64,000 nucleotides of DNA from an uncultured archaeon (GCA_964430885.1 CAYSHM010000002.1:77009-141008), one strand, 5' to 3'; positions 9,401 to 19,109 are shown, counted from the first letter of the stretch. Numbers and translations: made by a program. The notes: a model not told the origin generated them from the letters alone.

Positions 9401-10959
9401 TCACCATTGTCATATGAACCGAACCAGGGATTATTGCCATTTGTATGATAACCCCAATAATTCAAAGACCAATGCTCCACACCATCAACCCTGGAGTTGA
9501 ACGAATCCCAATATAATGCTCTATGTCCAAGGGCATCATTATCGATGCCTCCTCCTACATTGTACCACCATACCTCTTCACCTAAATTTTGTCTCCTGGC
9601 AGCATCATTAAGGTGATAATGGGAATGAGGGACATCCCATATTTCACCGTAGCCGTACAGCCCTGGTTCTATGGATTTTGTAATCAAATGTTTCATATCC
9701 GAGGCATTCTGTTCAATAATATCATTAATGATCCTGTGAAGGGAATAAGGCGGGTGTTTATGGGGTGAAGTATAATTATTGGTATAGGCCACTGGCTCAT
9801 CGCAGTAATAAAGTATACACCGATCAAGCCATCCTTTTTCTCTGAAATGGTCAGCTACTTTTTGTATATAATCTCCAAGCACCTCCTTATACCCTTCAGG
9901 CGGTTCAAAAGGATAGCTTGAAAAATCATACGGATTCCGGTCCCATCTCACAGGATTGTAAGCCGTTAGGGGGAATTCGAAGTTGGAGATGTTCAATTCT
10001 TCAATATAATACTCTAAAAGTTCATCCGTTCTTGTAAAATCGATCTGTACTGTGTTGTTGATGTAATCGACGATTATGTCATCATCCCATGGTTCAGTAC
10101 CACAGAGCTTTCCTGGATTAATTCTATGAGTTTGTAAGATCTGGGTGACCCTTTTTACTAGTTCGTCATACTCTTCATCATCACTTGTAAAGGGGTAGTA
10201 ATATGCATAGGAGCTTGATGAGGATTCGAACCATGAATCCAGGCTGGGTGTATCAGGCAGGCTGAAATCCCATACCTTAACCTCCAGTACTCTTGTTGTT
10301 TCGCCTTCATTCTGTGTAAATGTCAAATTGGTCCTGTAGGTTCCTGCCGGAATGTCCTTTGGAGCATACAAGGTCACCCATACAGCAGTTGTTTCACTGG
10401 GTTCAAGATTGACATCCCAGGACATGTTGGAGGGGCCCTTATCATTGATATTATAGTTTCCAATATGATTGGAGAATAAGGGCATCAATGGGTCAGGATA
10501 AATACTTCCTGCATAGTCAACAAGGTATAATGATAGGTTTGTTATGCCAATGATCTGTGTAGGATCATCGGTATTTTTCAAAGGATAAAATGTGATATTC
10601 TCATAAAGGGGTCCGATATATGGTCTGAACACCATTTGAAATGACTCATATTCGTTCTTTGCCAAGGATATTCTGATTGTTTGATCATTATCATCCCAAA
10701 TTGGTGTTTGGGTTTGGTATTGGTCTGTTTTCATTATCTTGACCGCGGATGTTTTCGCCCAGAAATGATCATCAATAAATGCCTTCTGTTCTTTTATACC
10801 TGGCCCTGGCCCTTCCGTGAAAACTGGAATGGAAATAATCATAATCAATGCTAGTATCATGGATATTGCAGGATTTCTAATACCTCGAACAGTTAGTTTT
10901 CTTAGAATGGAATTATGTCTTCTTTTTCTGTTCTTATCACTTCCCGAATGATTGATCAT
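6463..10959 (-). CDS. Membrane-anchored DUF4091/GH123-like glycoside hydrolase with accessory beta-sandwich and PKD domains
   Basis: Signal helix; AKNEYESFQ, YYCDEP, VWWY, NGDGYIIYP and SIRLELTREGMEDYEYL motifs; several PKD repeats (YSWDMGDG, FHWDFGD); C-terminal TM helix with charged tail. Confidence 0.75.
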   Translation of the reverse strand: MINHSGSDKNRKRRHNSILRKLTVRGIRNPAISMILALIMIISIPVFTEGPGPGIKEQKAFIDDHFWAKTSAVKIMKTDQYQTQTPIWDDNDQTIRISLAKNEYESFQMVFRPYIGPLYENITFYPLKNTDDPTQIIGITNLSLYLVDYAGSIYPDPLMPLFSNHIGNYNINDKGPSNMSWDVNLEPSETTAVWVTLYAPKDIPAGTYRTNLTFTQNEGETTRVLEVKVWDFSLPDTPSLDSWFESSSSSYAYYYPFTSDDEEYDELVKRVTQILQTHRINPGKLCGTEPWDDDIIVDYINNTVQIDFTRTDELLEYYIEELNISNFEFPLTAYNPVRWDRNPYDFSSYPFEPPEGYKEVLGDYIQKVADHFREKGWLDRCILYYCDEPVAYTNNYTSPHKHPPYSLHRIINDIIEQNASDMKHLITKSIEPGLYGYGEIWDVPHSHYHLNDAARRQNLGEEVWWYNVGGGIDNDALGHRALYWDSFNSRVDGVEHWSLNYWGYHTNGNNPWFGSYDNGDGYIIYPASWIDIDDDVVLSIRLELTREGMEDYEYLHQYSELFGRASAEAVASAIQPASIFQNNPMTISEDVLVKVRNFLGNSIESSQGGYEYWHNSLNGTIGKESPWSNLDSNDGDDGMGIIEIQNLVKSWSGDGGFLLDMEYDPVGFLNCDDASNWLPSNQPSLNSSISVENTPNGFVEGSGALNFSFWRNDENISELYNSRVQCNSFILTDWQEYDLLQFECKSRGISLNQFYIELGFEGGSWYDRMGRFSNTGTMADHWQHVTIDLSGIDHDQLDYIQFFTHNDKMEIPFKKYSLLLDNITLQNNSRVNSGRITFEAIDLGPIPTGDWHIELLGNHIIHPGCGISVEIRESRDGINWDGWDGVSKVEEKAFIFREEFLPERHIQLRVTITGNPLSSEVSPFLSEVRFCHIGIKYVDIGVGIDDIFIQPEHPIAGEEFSILSKISKHEEHKVKNTNVGISLRSLNNSSIIYENNITIDLKNEVTPVSWEKIILSQGDYIIEISMSLDQQYLDFHLGNNTAILPLHVNEYPEPSITGPDVGKTYQNIAFSGEASKDEGGAITSYSWDMGDGNIHSGKWINHTYMEPGEHWVVLTVLDNEGLSASKDHLIDIIKTRPNVEMEYSPGEGNVTTDYHFQATVYDPHDSIIRYDWDFDADDPDNPIIHNRSVNWSFADDRWYNVSLNISYLFGNSTNEKISLWEFIHVDNMAPKPSPEYLPKFVGNETVNFTVDDIITFTGESTIDPDDELDQLRFHWDFGDNNTSNKLVEWHRFEKAGYYNITFRVTDDDGAQGFAYIKIFIQSRAPYPDFTQTPSTAYTNESVVFNASTSIDQDGFITEYTWVLSGNNLFKNLTFKGIELNHVFDLPGNYTLNLTVLDDTGNIVSISKQIVVQHKDKNDMSTGDGDDKNKDDSLFTWAIIIALIIILITVLFVLFRTYGKRIFNKEKELEEEEDPEEKKRREYEKIYGISPENETENEE

Positions 10960-11327
10960 ATGGTCACCCCTTGTGTTAGAAACTCATAATTTTATTATAT
11001 ATAAATGGTTATATTTCAAATGCAAAATTTAATTTTATCGATTTATTGGACAATGTAACAGGTTATAAAACTGAAGCGTCATCATAATTGCATTAATTGT
11101 GATTGATTTCAATGTTTGTTAATAGGTATTCTATTTATAATTCGACCTGCAATCCTTCCTTAAAGATTTAAAGGAACTTAATCTAATCATAATATTAACT
11201 AATATTGTTATATATAAAATCATTATTGTATTGTTGTTATTTTCAAGGTCAAATTATATATTGGGCAGTCATTTCTTCTATACTTGATAGCTCAAACTGA
11301 TGAATTTCAGATAAGCGGTGTGATAAC

Positions 11328-13076
11328 ATGGTAAAACCTCCCATATGCTCAAAATGCAAAAACATATCCCTTCGCTTTAATGACGATGGAACCGGCAGCT
11401 GCAATATTTGCTCAAGAACATTTGTTTGGAATAAACCTGGAGTAAGAGAACCTCCCATATGCCGAAGGTGTAAAGGTCACTCATTATCTTTTATGCCCGA
11501 AGGCTACGGCTGGTGTCAGGAATGCTTCAACAAGTTCTACTGGGATTCAGGCTGCGGGATCGATCTGAATGAGCTGGTGATCCCACAGCGCCCACGAGTA
11601 GGCGATCAAGGGTCCTTCAGAATGAAGAGCCATGATATTCAGAGCGCCATATTTTCCAAGGGTGAGACGCAAACCTCCAAGGATATGAAAGTAGAGACAA
11701 AACTGGATTATAACCCTGATGCTATCATTTACGAGGTTACAATTAAGAACAACAAGGGGTATCCAATTAACGAAGTATCCATGAGGCCTCAGCTGGATCC
11801 AAAACATATTGTTATTGATCAGAAGGATCGAATGATCACAATCCTTCGCGATGGAGAATCCAAAACCATTTCATTCAAACTTTGGCCCAAGGAGTCTCTA
11901 AGGAAATCAGATATTAAATGTGAGATCAAATATTTGGACCCCACATATGATGAGTATAGACTTAAAACAACAAAAGCTGATACAATCGAGATCGCCCCTC
12001 CTTCTTTTCAAAGGGTACAGATAGATGACGTAATTTACAATTCGATCTCTGCCTCGTTGCTTTCGTCAGAAATGGAATATAAGGGTTTGAAGGTTGGAAC
12101 GAGGTTCGTCTTTGATATGATGGGAGATGTTATACGATCTTATAATCTGTATCTTCTGGAACCTAATTTCAGTTCAGGAGAGAATTATTTCCGCGGGGTC
12201 CAAAAGGGATATGGAGAGGGCGGCGAGCATAGATTCCAGTGTGAGATGGAAGTTATCGGGGGTCATTCCCGCTCCAACCTCCTGGTTAGATGTTTAGGTT
12301 CGGAACCAAAAACCCTTTTGGGATTTACCGCTCAATTAAAGGATAAGATCGAGAAGAGGATAGATGTAGCCAATTTAAATGAGGGTTCAACAATTATACA
12401 GCAGCATATTCACGGAGATATGCTTTCGGGCGGTGCTACTAAAGTTGGTATACACGACAGTGTGGTTCAGAGGTCGAACATTGGGTCTGATATCAAGACA
12501 AATGACGGTCTGGATGAGAGGATAGAGTGGCTTGATAAGAGAAATGAAGATCGAACTTCGGAACTGAAAAAAGGGCAGAGAAAACTAGGTAAGGGAATCT
12601 TGGAGATAAAGGGAATGTCGAAGGAAATGATGGACCGTATGATACAGCACTTCTCTGAGACTCTAAAGGATTTCCCTTATCCTAGTGATATATCCAAGAA
12701 ATATGGGACTGTAACTCTGGAGTACACATGTTCCCTCAATGATGAATTTGTGGGGAAAATCAAGGATAGGCGGTGGATAAAGTGGGCCCATGTTTTGGTT
12801 GGTGCAGGAATGGTTGGAATTGGAATTGCAGGTTTCCGTGCTGATATGGGTGCGCAGGGATTGAAAAAAATATTCAATGATCTCACCGGTAAACAGCTTG
12901 ATGACTATCCCAAGGATTCACTTTTCTTGACAACAGCAGAAAAGGATAAGATCTTGACCATGCTCAGAGAAGAGGGAATATTGGCAGGGATGGGTTACTG
13001 CCCTAACTGCAGGAACTGGGTATGCAAGGATTGCTTTGATGAAGAGAGCGGTTTATGCGTGGAGCACCGAAACTGA
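11328..13076 (+). CDS. Multidomain hypothetical protein: two Zn ribbons, beta-sandwich plus alpha/beta domain, coiled coil, C-terminal Cys-rich domain
   Basis: Tandem PPICxxC...CxxC..F.W repeats; DSVVQRSNIG motif; YCPNCRNWVCKDC...CVEH at the C-terminus. Confidence 0.7.
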   Translation: MVKPPICSKCKNISLRFNDDGTGSCNICSRTFVWNKPGVREPPICRRCKGHSLSFMPEGYGWCQECFNKFYWDSGCGIDLNELVIPQRPRVGDQGSFRMKSHDIQSAIFSKGETQTSKDMKVETKLDYNPDAIIYEVTIKNNKGYPINEVSMRPQLDPKHIVIDQKDRMITILRDGESKTISFKLWPKESLRKSDIKCEIKYLDPTYDEYRLKTTKADTIEIAPPSFQRVQIDDVIYNSISASLLSSEMEYKGLKVGTRFVFDMMGDVIRSYNLYLLEPNFSSGENYFRGVQKGYGEGGEHRFQCEMEVIGGHSRSNLLVRCLGSEPKTLLGFTAQLKDKIEKRIDVANLNEGSTIIQQHIHGDMLSGGATKVGIHDSVVQRSNIGSDIKTNDGLDERIEWLDKRNEDRTSELKKGQRKLGKGILEIKGMSKEMMDRMIQHFSETLKDFPYPSDISKKYGTVTLEYTCSLNDEFVGKIKDRRWIKWAHVLVGAGMVGIGIAGFRADMGAQGLKKIFNDLTGKQLDDYPKDSLFLTTAEKDKILTMLREEGILAGMGYCPNCRNWVCKDCFDEESGLCVEHRN

Positions 13077-13180
13077 GAATACCATTTAATGAATTCAGAT
13101 GAGCGCTTTAAAATAATAATATTAATAATAATAATAATATGGCTATTATTGAATGAAGAAATTGAGAAATAGGTAGAACT

Positions 13181-15913
13181 ATGGACCCTAGAGTAAAGAC
13201 CTTTATGGAACTGGGAACCAATGCTGCTAATAACGGCCAGTATGATATGGCAATAGAATACTTCAATGAAGCATTAGCTATAGACAAAAATAACCACCAG
13301 GTCCTATTGAAAAAAGCGGAAGCTCAAAGGAAAAACGGAGATATAATATCCGCTATGGGCACAGCCGACCTTTTGCTTTCTATAGATATGAATAACCGGG
13401 CAGTATTGAAGTTCCGAGAAAATTGTCTTAACGAGATCCGTAACATACCCAATACACCCTCTTCATCTGATAACGATAATTCTGTGGCAGCAGCAGGTCA
13501 AGAACCAAACATTGAATTTGACGATCTACCTTCCTTTTCCTTGATCGATGATGAAATATTTTTTGAGTTGGAAGATGAAAATGGAGATGTAGTTGAACTT
13601 GCGTCTGATTCCTCCACACATTCAGAAATCCTGGCTATACCCAAGGATATATCAAAGGACCAGTCTGAATCATATGATGATCTTACCGATGATGAGATCA
13701 GGGGGAAAGCATTGGATAAGAGTGAGGAATTAATCAATGTTCTAAAAGAAGAAAAAAAAAGAAAGAATCTCAACCTGGATATCAATGTCAGACCTGGGGA
13801 AATTGCTCGAATGATTCAGGAAGGGGATCATAAAAAGGCACTTCAATTGGCCGAGAGTTATCTTTCAAAGATATATTATTACAGGGAACTTCACAACTGG
13901 GCCCACCGCTTATCCAAAAGAGTCAAACATAACATCAGGGAATTGAAGTCTCAAGGTATTGAGATGAATGATTCAAAAACTTTCAGTTTAGAGATCAATA
14001 AAATGCTGGCTGAAGGTGAATATGAAATGGTTGCCCGGAAGTGCTCCGAATATCTTGATAAACTTATCTATCGTAAAGTGCTCTACCAGGAAGCTTTAAA
14101 ATCCATTAAGCAGGGATGGAACAAGGTTAAAGAATGTGAGGGGAACGGTATTGCTGAAAAAGGTGCCGAGGATCTATTGTCACGAGCTAGAGTATTCTTG
14201 ATCAAGGGCAAATATTTGGAATCCAAAGAGAAATCTGAAGAATGCGCAGAACTTCTTCAGGAGAAGATCAGGCATGTTGGAGAAATTGAGAAAAGGATAG
14301 ATGAGATTGGTAAAAAATTGCTTTTCTTTAAGAGTAAAGGAATGAAGTTAGATGACGAAATTGATGAACTTAATAAACTGCACCGTGCCCTGAAGGATTT
14401 TTCTAAGAAAAAGGAGCTAGCTAACGGATTTGATGAAATTGGACAAATTCAGAACAGTCTTGAGGAGAAGGTCCGTGAGATAGAGGATAAATACAATCAG
14501 GGCTCTATTCTTATAGCTCGTGCAGAGTTACTGGTCAAGGATATTGACCGTAAAAGAAGCGATACCAATATTGAAGGATTAATTCAGCTAATGCATAATA
14601 GATTGACAAAGGGAATGATCGAAGAAATGCATGAATTATTAGGAGAATTGGAGAAATCCTATGAAGAACAGAAAGAACAGTTTGAAAGGAACAATGCATT
14701 ATCCGAGATAGAGGGATTGGAAGAGATCTACAATGAATGTTTAGAGTTCGGCATAGATGTAGTACAAAGAAGTAATCAATTGAAAGAGGTCAAATCACTC
14801 TTTAACAGCTGTGAATATCAACCTTCATTGGAACTATCCAGGAAAGTATGTCACGAATTATCCCGAAAGAAGCTGCAGTTTTTGCTGAAGGATACCCGAG
14901 AAATGGTCGAGAACAGTCTTGATGATGAATCGGATCTAACCATATCTTCCTACTCATCAGCTAAAGAAGATCTAGATATGGTGGAGGATATATTAGAGGA
15001 GAAACGATTGAAGGATGCGGAAAGAGAACTTTTCATTATAAGACACCCGCTGTTTAAAGAAAGGGCTGAAAATGCTCTGGCGGGAGCGGTAAAAAAGATC
15101 AAGGATATTCAAGAAAGAATGGACGATGAACCAGGTGAGGAGATTTTCACTGCAAAGGAATTACTTGCTCAAGCCCAAAAGGCCTTCGAGGACGGTTTTT
15201 TCGAGTCATCATATGATACCGCTCTTTCATCTATTGATACTGCAGAGAAATCGGAATCGTACATGGAAGTAATGTATGAGCTGATTAAAACAAAGGAAAA
15301 ACTCCAGGAATTCAAAAAGAAGGGAGTGGATATTGCCGAAGCGTCCCGGATATTCCAGAGAGCAAAACCTGCCCTGGATAACGGTTATTATCAAGCTGCA
15401 TTGGACCATACTGATCGCAGCATAAAAGAGGCTGAAAGGTCACAGTCATCAATGCGGTTCACTAACAAGGTCAGCAATATCGAAGAGCGCTTATCAGAAG
15501 TTCGGGAAGGAAACATTGACATTGACAGCATCCTCAACGATCTGGGAAAAATAAAGATATTTTTAGCAAAGGATGAGTTCGAAGAACTTGAAGACCTACT
15601 TTTTGATGTTGAAGGGCAGTTATCCATTAAGGAAGATAAACTGGAAAAAAGAAATAAAAAGAAGGCCATCAGATTTAAAAAGAAAGGGAACCAACTTTAT
15701 AAAAATGGAGATTTCAAAGAATCCGTCAAATATTACGAAAGGGCCTTGAAACTTTATTCGAAAGATGAGAAAATCTATCAGAACCTGGGATTGGCCTACA
15801 AGAACTTGGGAGATGTGGGAAAAGCTATGGAATGTGCCGATAATGCATTGGAAATAAAAGCGGATTATGAACCGGCTATGAAATTGAAACGGAAATGTCG
15901 GGAAATGTTTTGA
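13181..15913 (+). CDS. Large TPR and helical-repeat protein
   Basis: TPRs at both ends (GQYDMAIEYFNEAL; GDFKESVKYYERAL...NLGLAYKNLGD) flanking repeated helical hairpins such as GVDIAEASRIFQRAK. Confidence 0.85.
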   Translation: MDPRVKTFMELGTNAANNGQYDMAIEYFNEALAIDKNNHQVLLKKAEAQRKNGDIISAMGTADLLLSIDMNNRAVLKFRENCLNEIRNIPNTPSSSDNDNSVAAAGQEPNIEFDDLPSFSLIDDEIFFELEDENGDVVELASDSSTHSEILAIPKDISKDQSESYDDLTDDEIRGKALDKSEELINVLKEEKKRKNLNLDINVRPGEIARMIQEGDHKKALQLAESYLSKIYYYRELHNWAHRLSKRVKHNIRELKSQGIEMNDSKTFSLEINKMLAEGEYEMVARKCSEYLDKLIYRKVLYQEALKSIKQGWNKVKECEGNGIAEKGAEDLLSRARVFLIKGKYLESKEKSEECAELLQEKIRHVGEIEKRIDEIGKKLLFFKSKGMKLDDEIDELNKLHRALKDFSKKKELANGFDEIGQIQNSLEEKVREIEDKYNQGSILIARAELLVKDIDRKRSDTNIEGLIQLMHNRLTKGMIEEMHELLGELEKSYEEQKEQFERNNALSEIEGLEEIYNECLEFGIDVVQRSNQLKEVKSLFNSCEYQPSLELSRKVCHELSRKKLQFLLKDTREMVENSLDDESDLTISSYSSAKEDLDMVEDILEEKRLKDAERELFIIRHPLFKERAENALAGAVKKIKDIQERMDDEPGEEIFTAKELLAQAQKAFEDGFFESSYDTALSSIDTAEKSESYMEVMYELIKTKEKLQEFKKKGVDIAEASRIFQRAKPALDNGYYQAALDHTDRSIKEAERSQSSMRFTNKVSNIEERLSEVREGNIDIDSILNDLGKIKIFLAKDEFEELEDLLFDVEGQLSIKEDKLEKRNKKKAIRFKKKGNQLYKNGDFKESVKYYERALKLYSKDEKIYQNLGLAYKNLGDVGKAMECADNALEIKADYEPAMKLKRKCREMF

Positions 15914-15936
15914 AGCAGTTCATACCCAATCTCAGA

Positions 15937-16350
15937 TTATCCTTCTAAGATCTTAATATAAATATTTCTTTTTCTCGGCCCGTCCCATTCACAAAAGAAA
16001 ATCCCCTGCCATGTTCCCAACAGCAGATCTCCTTTGCTGATAATAATATTTTCGCTCTGTCCGAAAATAGTGGATTTTATATGTCCAGGGGAATTCCCCT
16101 CTGCATGTCTATATCTTCTATTAGTTTCGGAGACCATCTCTGAAAAACCCATTATCATATCATGTTTCACATCAGGATCGACATTCTCATTTATGGTAAT
16201 TCCAGCTGTTGTATGTGGAACAAATACTGTACAGATTCCTTCACGTATTTTAGTCCCTATAACCGTTCTTCTTACCGCCTCAGTGATTTCCACCATCTCA
16301 TTGTGATGTTTTGTCCGTATTTCCACTTTTGTAGGTTGGATAATCGCCAT
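15937..16350 (-). CDS. yjbQ: YjbQ/UPF0047 family protein
   Basis: HTTAGITINEN.DPDV, HAEGNSPGHIKS, LGTWQGIFFCEWDGPR. Confidence 0.95.
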   Translation of the reverse strand: MAIIQPTKVEIRTKHHNEMVEITEAVRRTVIGTKIREGICTVFVPHTTAGITINENVDPDVKHDMIMGFSEMVSETNRRYRHAEGNSPGHIKSTIFGQSENIIISKGDLLLGTWQGIFFCEWDGPRKRNIYIKILEG

Positions 16351-16456
16351 GCTGGTCTACATTGGTCTTAAGTGTAATAATTATTATGCTAGAAATATTT
16401 AATTAAATTCCGCGTTATTCCTTTATAGTAATTCGTTAAAGAACAGGTGTTAACAA

Positions 16457-16987
16457 GTGATTGATTGGTTCACTTCCAAGATAGGGATGATATTGGCAGC
16501 AGGGATTATAGCCGCATCTATGATTGGATTTTTCATGTGGCAAAGGGCCAGTTTGGAGGATATTGAACGTCAGCAGACCGCAGATTTTATTGCCGATCAT
16601 ATCGACCACGTTTCCTCATTGAACAGTCAGTATGAGTCAAGAATAACTTTTGATCCGGATAAATCTTATAAGTACACATTTGTCGAGCCTGTAATAAATA
16701 ACGACCTATTTGTACTGAACATTACCTTTGATATGGTGAGTTTATCCCAGGAAGGCCAAGGCTCGTTCTACTCTTCACTCACACGCAATATTCATCTATT
16801 GGACCCGGCTACCATTGCCCAGTATGATATCCTCGAAGAGAGTCAATTGGAGGAAATTGACATGGGGAATAGGTCCATTGAGTTCCAATCCGGAAATGAT
16901 TTTATCATTGAGAGCACGCCTCTTGTACTGTCCATTGACAATGGTAAATTCGAAACAGTTTTCCATACCTTTGTCTATTTGGCATAG
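16457..16987 (+). CDS. Single-TM exported protein, possibly a minor pilin-like protein
   Basis: N-terminal hydrophobic helix followed by an amphipathic helix (QQTADFIADHIDHVS) and beta strands. Confidence 0.55.
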   Translation: MIDWFTSKIGMILAAGIIAASMIGFFMWQRASLEDIERQQTADFIADHIDHVSSLNSQYESRITFDPDKSYKYTFVEPVINNDLFVLNITFDMVSLSQEGQGSFYSSLTRNIHLLDPATIAQYDILEESQLEEIDMGNRSIEFQSGNDFIIESTPLVLSIDNGKFETVFHTFVYLA

Positions 16988-17068
16988 GATCATATTAATT
17001 AAGGCCGATCAAATAGGTCAATTTGAAAAACTCTAAGGACGCCGATATCCCGTAATAGGAGAGATATA

Positions 17069-18331
17069 TTGAAAAAAACTTCAAAATTTTCCGGTTTTTA
17101 CAGGAAGGAAGCCAATGAAAGGTTGGCTTTGATTAAAGAGATGTGCGGTCTTACCCAAACGGAAGCTGACCTTCTTTCCAATACTGGTGATATCCAGTCT
17201 GAATTATTGGATGGAATGATAGAAAATGTTATCGGCGGTTTCATTCTTCCTTTGGGTATAGCTACAAATTTCTTGATTGACGGCAAAGAAGTACTTATTC
17301 CAATGGTCACGGAGGAACCTTCAGTAGTGGCTGCTGCTTCCAATGGCGCAAAAATGTCATTGCCCGGCGGTGGATTTAGGACCCGGGCAATGGAACCGGT
17401 CATGATAGGCCAAGTGCAGATTGTTGGCATAGAGGATGTAGATAATGCCAAAGGTATATTGGAGGATAACAGTCCCATTATTATTGAGAAGGCCAATAAG
17501 CAGGATCCCATGCTGATAGAGCTGGGCGGCGGTGTGAAAGATATAGCGGTAAAAGATTTTTCCTCTCCATCAGGACCTATGGTGGTGTTATATCTATATG
17601 TGGATGTCAGAGATGCCATGGGAGCTAACGCGGTCAATACCATGGCCGAAGCAGTTGCACCTCTTGTTGAGGAATTGACTGGTGGTTCGGCTTTGTTAAG
17701 GATATTATCCAATCTGGCGGTCCGGCGTTTAATCCGTTCTGAAGCGGTTTTCAGGAAAAGCGTAATCGGGAAAGACATTATAGAAAGTATAGTAAAAGCC
17801 CATCATTTTGCGGAGGTAGATCCTTTTAGAGCTGCAACCCATAACAAGGGTATTATGAACGGAATAAGTGCTTTAGTTAGGGCTACAGGGAATGATACCA
17901 GGGCAGTAGAGGCGGGAGCACATGCATTTGCATCAATGTCTGGACGATACATGCCTCTTACAAAATATGTGATAGATAAAAATGGCGACCTCTCAGCATC
18001 AATAGAATTGCCTCTGGCCGTAGGTACGGTGGGAGGGGCCACTCGGTCACATCCCCAGGCGAAGATATCCATGAAGATATTGGGTGTCGAGAGGGCGGTG
18101 GAATTAGGGCAGGTAATGGCATCATTGGGGTTGGCCCAGAATTTTGCAGCCTTAAGGGCATTGGCAAGTGAGGGTATACAGAGAGGTCATATGAAACTGC
18201 ATGCAAGGAATATCGCCATTGCTGCGGGTGCTGAGGGAGATGAAGTTGGAAAAACAGTCCGTCTGATGATCGAAAAAGGCGGCATAAACCATGAGAGTGC
18301 TAGAAGGTTCTTGAAAGAGCTTGAGGATTGA
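17069..18331 (+). CDS. hmgA: Hydroxymethylglutaryl-CoA reductase, class II
   Basis: MIENVIG, EEPSVVAAAS, DAMGAN, THNKGIMNG, GIQRGHMKLH. Confidence 0.96.
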   Translation: MKKTSKFSGFYRKEANERLALIKEMCGLTQTEADLLSNTGDIQSELLDGMIENVIGGFILPLGIATNFLIDGKEVLIPMVTEEPSVVAAASNGAKMSLPGGGFRTRAMEPVMIGQVQIVGIEDVDNAKGILEDNSPIIIEKANKQDPMLIELGGGVKDIAVKDFSSPSGPMVVLYLYVDVRDAMGANAVNTMAEAVAPLVEELTGGSALLRILSNLAVRRLIRSEAVFRKSVIGKDIIESIVKAHHFAEVDPFRAATHNKGIMNGISALVRATGNDTRAVEAGAHAFASMSGRYMPLTKYVIDKNGDLSASIELPLAVGTVGGATRSHPQAKISMKILGVERAVELGQVMASLGLAQNFAALRALASEGIQRGHMKLHARNIAIAAGAEGDEVGKTVRLMIEKGGINHESARRFLKELED

Positions 18332-18395
18332 TAGAAAGTCTTTACGTCCCGTGAAAGGGGAATATTCATTTTGACAACATGGATTTTATGAGGAT

Positions 18396-18677
18396 TTAAC
18401 ATACTTTATAGATCAATATTGTATGTCCTCTTTTTTCAACAATCGCTACTTCAGGTATCGATTCGGTGATATTTTTTTCAGTATCCTTTAAGCTAAACTG
18501 GTCTAAATAGCTTCTCAATACCTTGATTTTCAGCAATCTTTTCTTCTTCATTTGATTCCTAATTTCTTTTATTGAACTTATTGTCAATCCATCCTTTCCG
18601 ATTATTATTGAAGCTTTAATCTTCTGGCCCTTTTTCTTCAATTCTTTCTTTGCTTTATTGTCGATCTTCTTCGTCAT
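18396..18677 (-). CDS. yhbY: YhbY/CRM-domain RNA-binding protein
   Basis: IIIGKDGLT...LLKIKVL...RGHTILIY. Confidence 0.9.
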   Translation of the reverse strand: MTKKIDNKAKKELKKKGQKIKASIIIGKDGLTISSIKEIRNQMKKKRLLKIKVLRSYLDQFSLKDTEKNITESIPEVAIVEKRGHTILIYKVC

Positions 18678-18773
18678 GATGAATACTCCCTCAGTCAGAA
18701 TTGCCTTAAAACGAGAATGATATTAATCATATCATGGGTCAAATTGCATAAATAATTGAAAAACCTGTGTGAA

Positions 18774-19055
18774 TCATTTGTAAAGTTTTCTCTGGATGTT
18801 TCCGCATGACCGACAGGTTGCTATTTTTCGCCCTTTTCTAAATCGTATCATGCAAAATTTTTTTGATACAAAAGGAGTCAAGCATTTCTTGCAGTACATT
18901 CCCTCATACTCTCGGGATACGCGCTGATTCAATTTCATACCAATTTTTTTAGATCGTTCAATATAATTCAAGGCCAGACCTGCATCATCACCGCTTCCAA
19001 TATCAATCGCCTTGTCTAATAAAATGGCCATCCTCTCCACACCTATCTTTTCCAT
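18774..19055 (-). CDS. rnp4: Ribonuclease P protein component 4 (Rpp21); N-terminus may extend to 19109
   Basis: KIGVERMAILL...KKIGMK, YCKKC and TCRSCGNIQR zinc ribbon; adjacent to yhbY. Confidence 0.88.
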   Translation of the reverse strand: MEKIGVERMAILLDKAIDIGSGDDAGLALNYIERSKKIGMKLNQRVSREYEGMYCKKCLTPFVSKKFCMIRFRKGRKIATCRSCGNIQRKLYK

Positions 19056-19109
19056 ATTACGGTTCCTTTTGCCTTTTCCTCTCCTGTACCTTTTCCTCGT
19101 TCTTCTGAT

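Noticed and set aside
13111-13140. AAT-rich microsatellite-like run
   Set aside because: Short and imperfect, within an ordinary AT-rich intergenic spacer.
17098-18206. Long antisense ORFs over hmgA (and similar shadows over tpiA, cdc48, the ACD and the surface proteins)
   Set aside because: They lie opposite well-supported genes, have no recognisable motifs, and are explained by codon bias.
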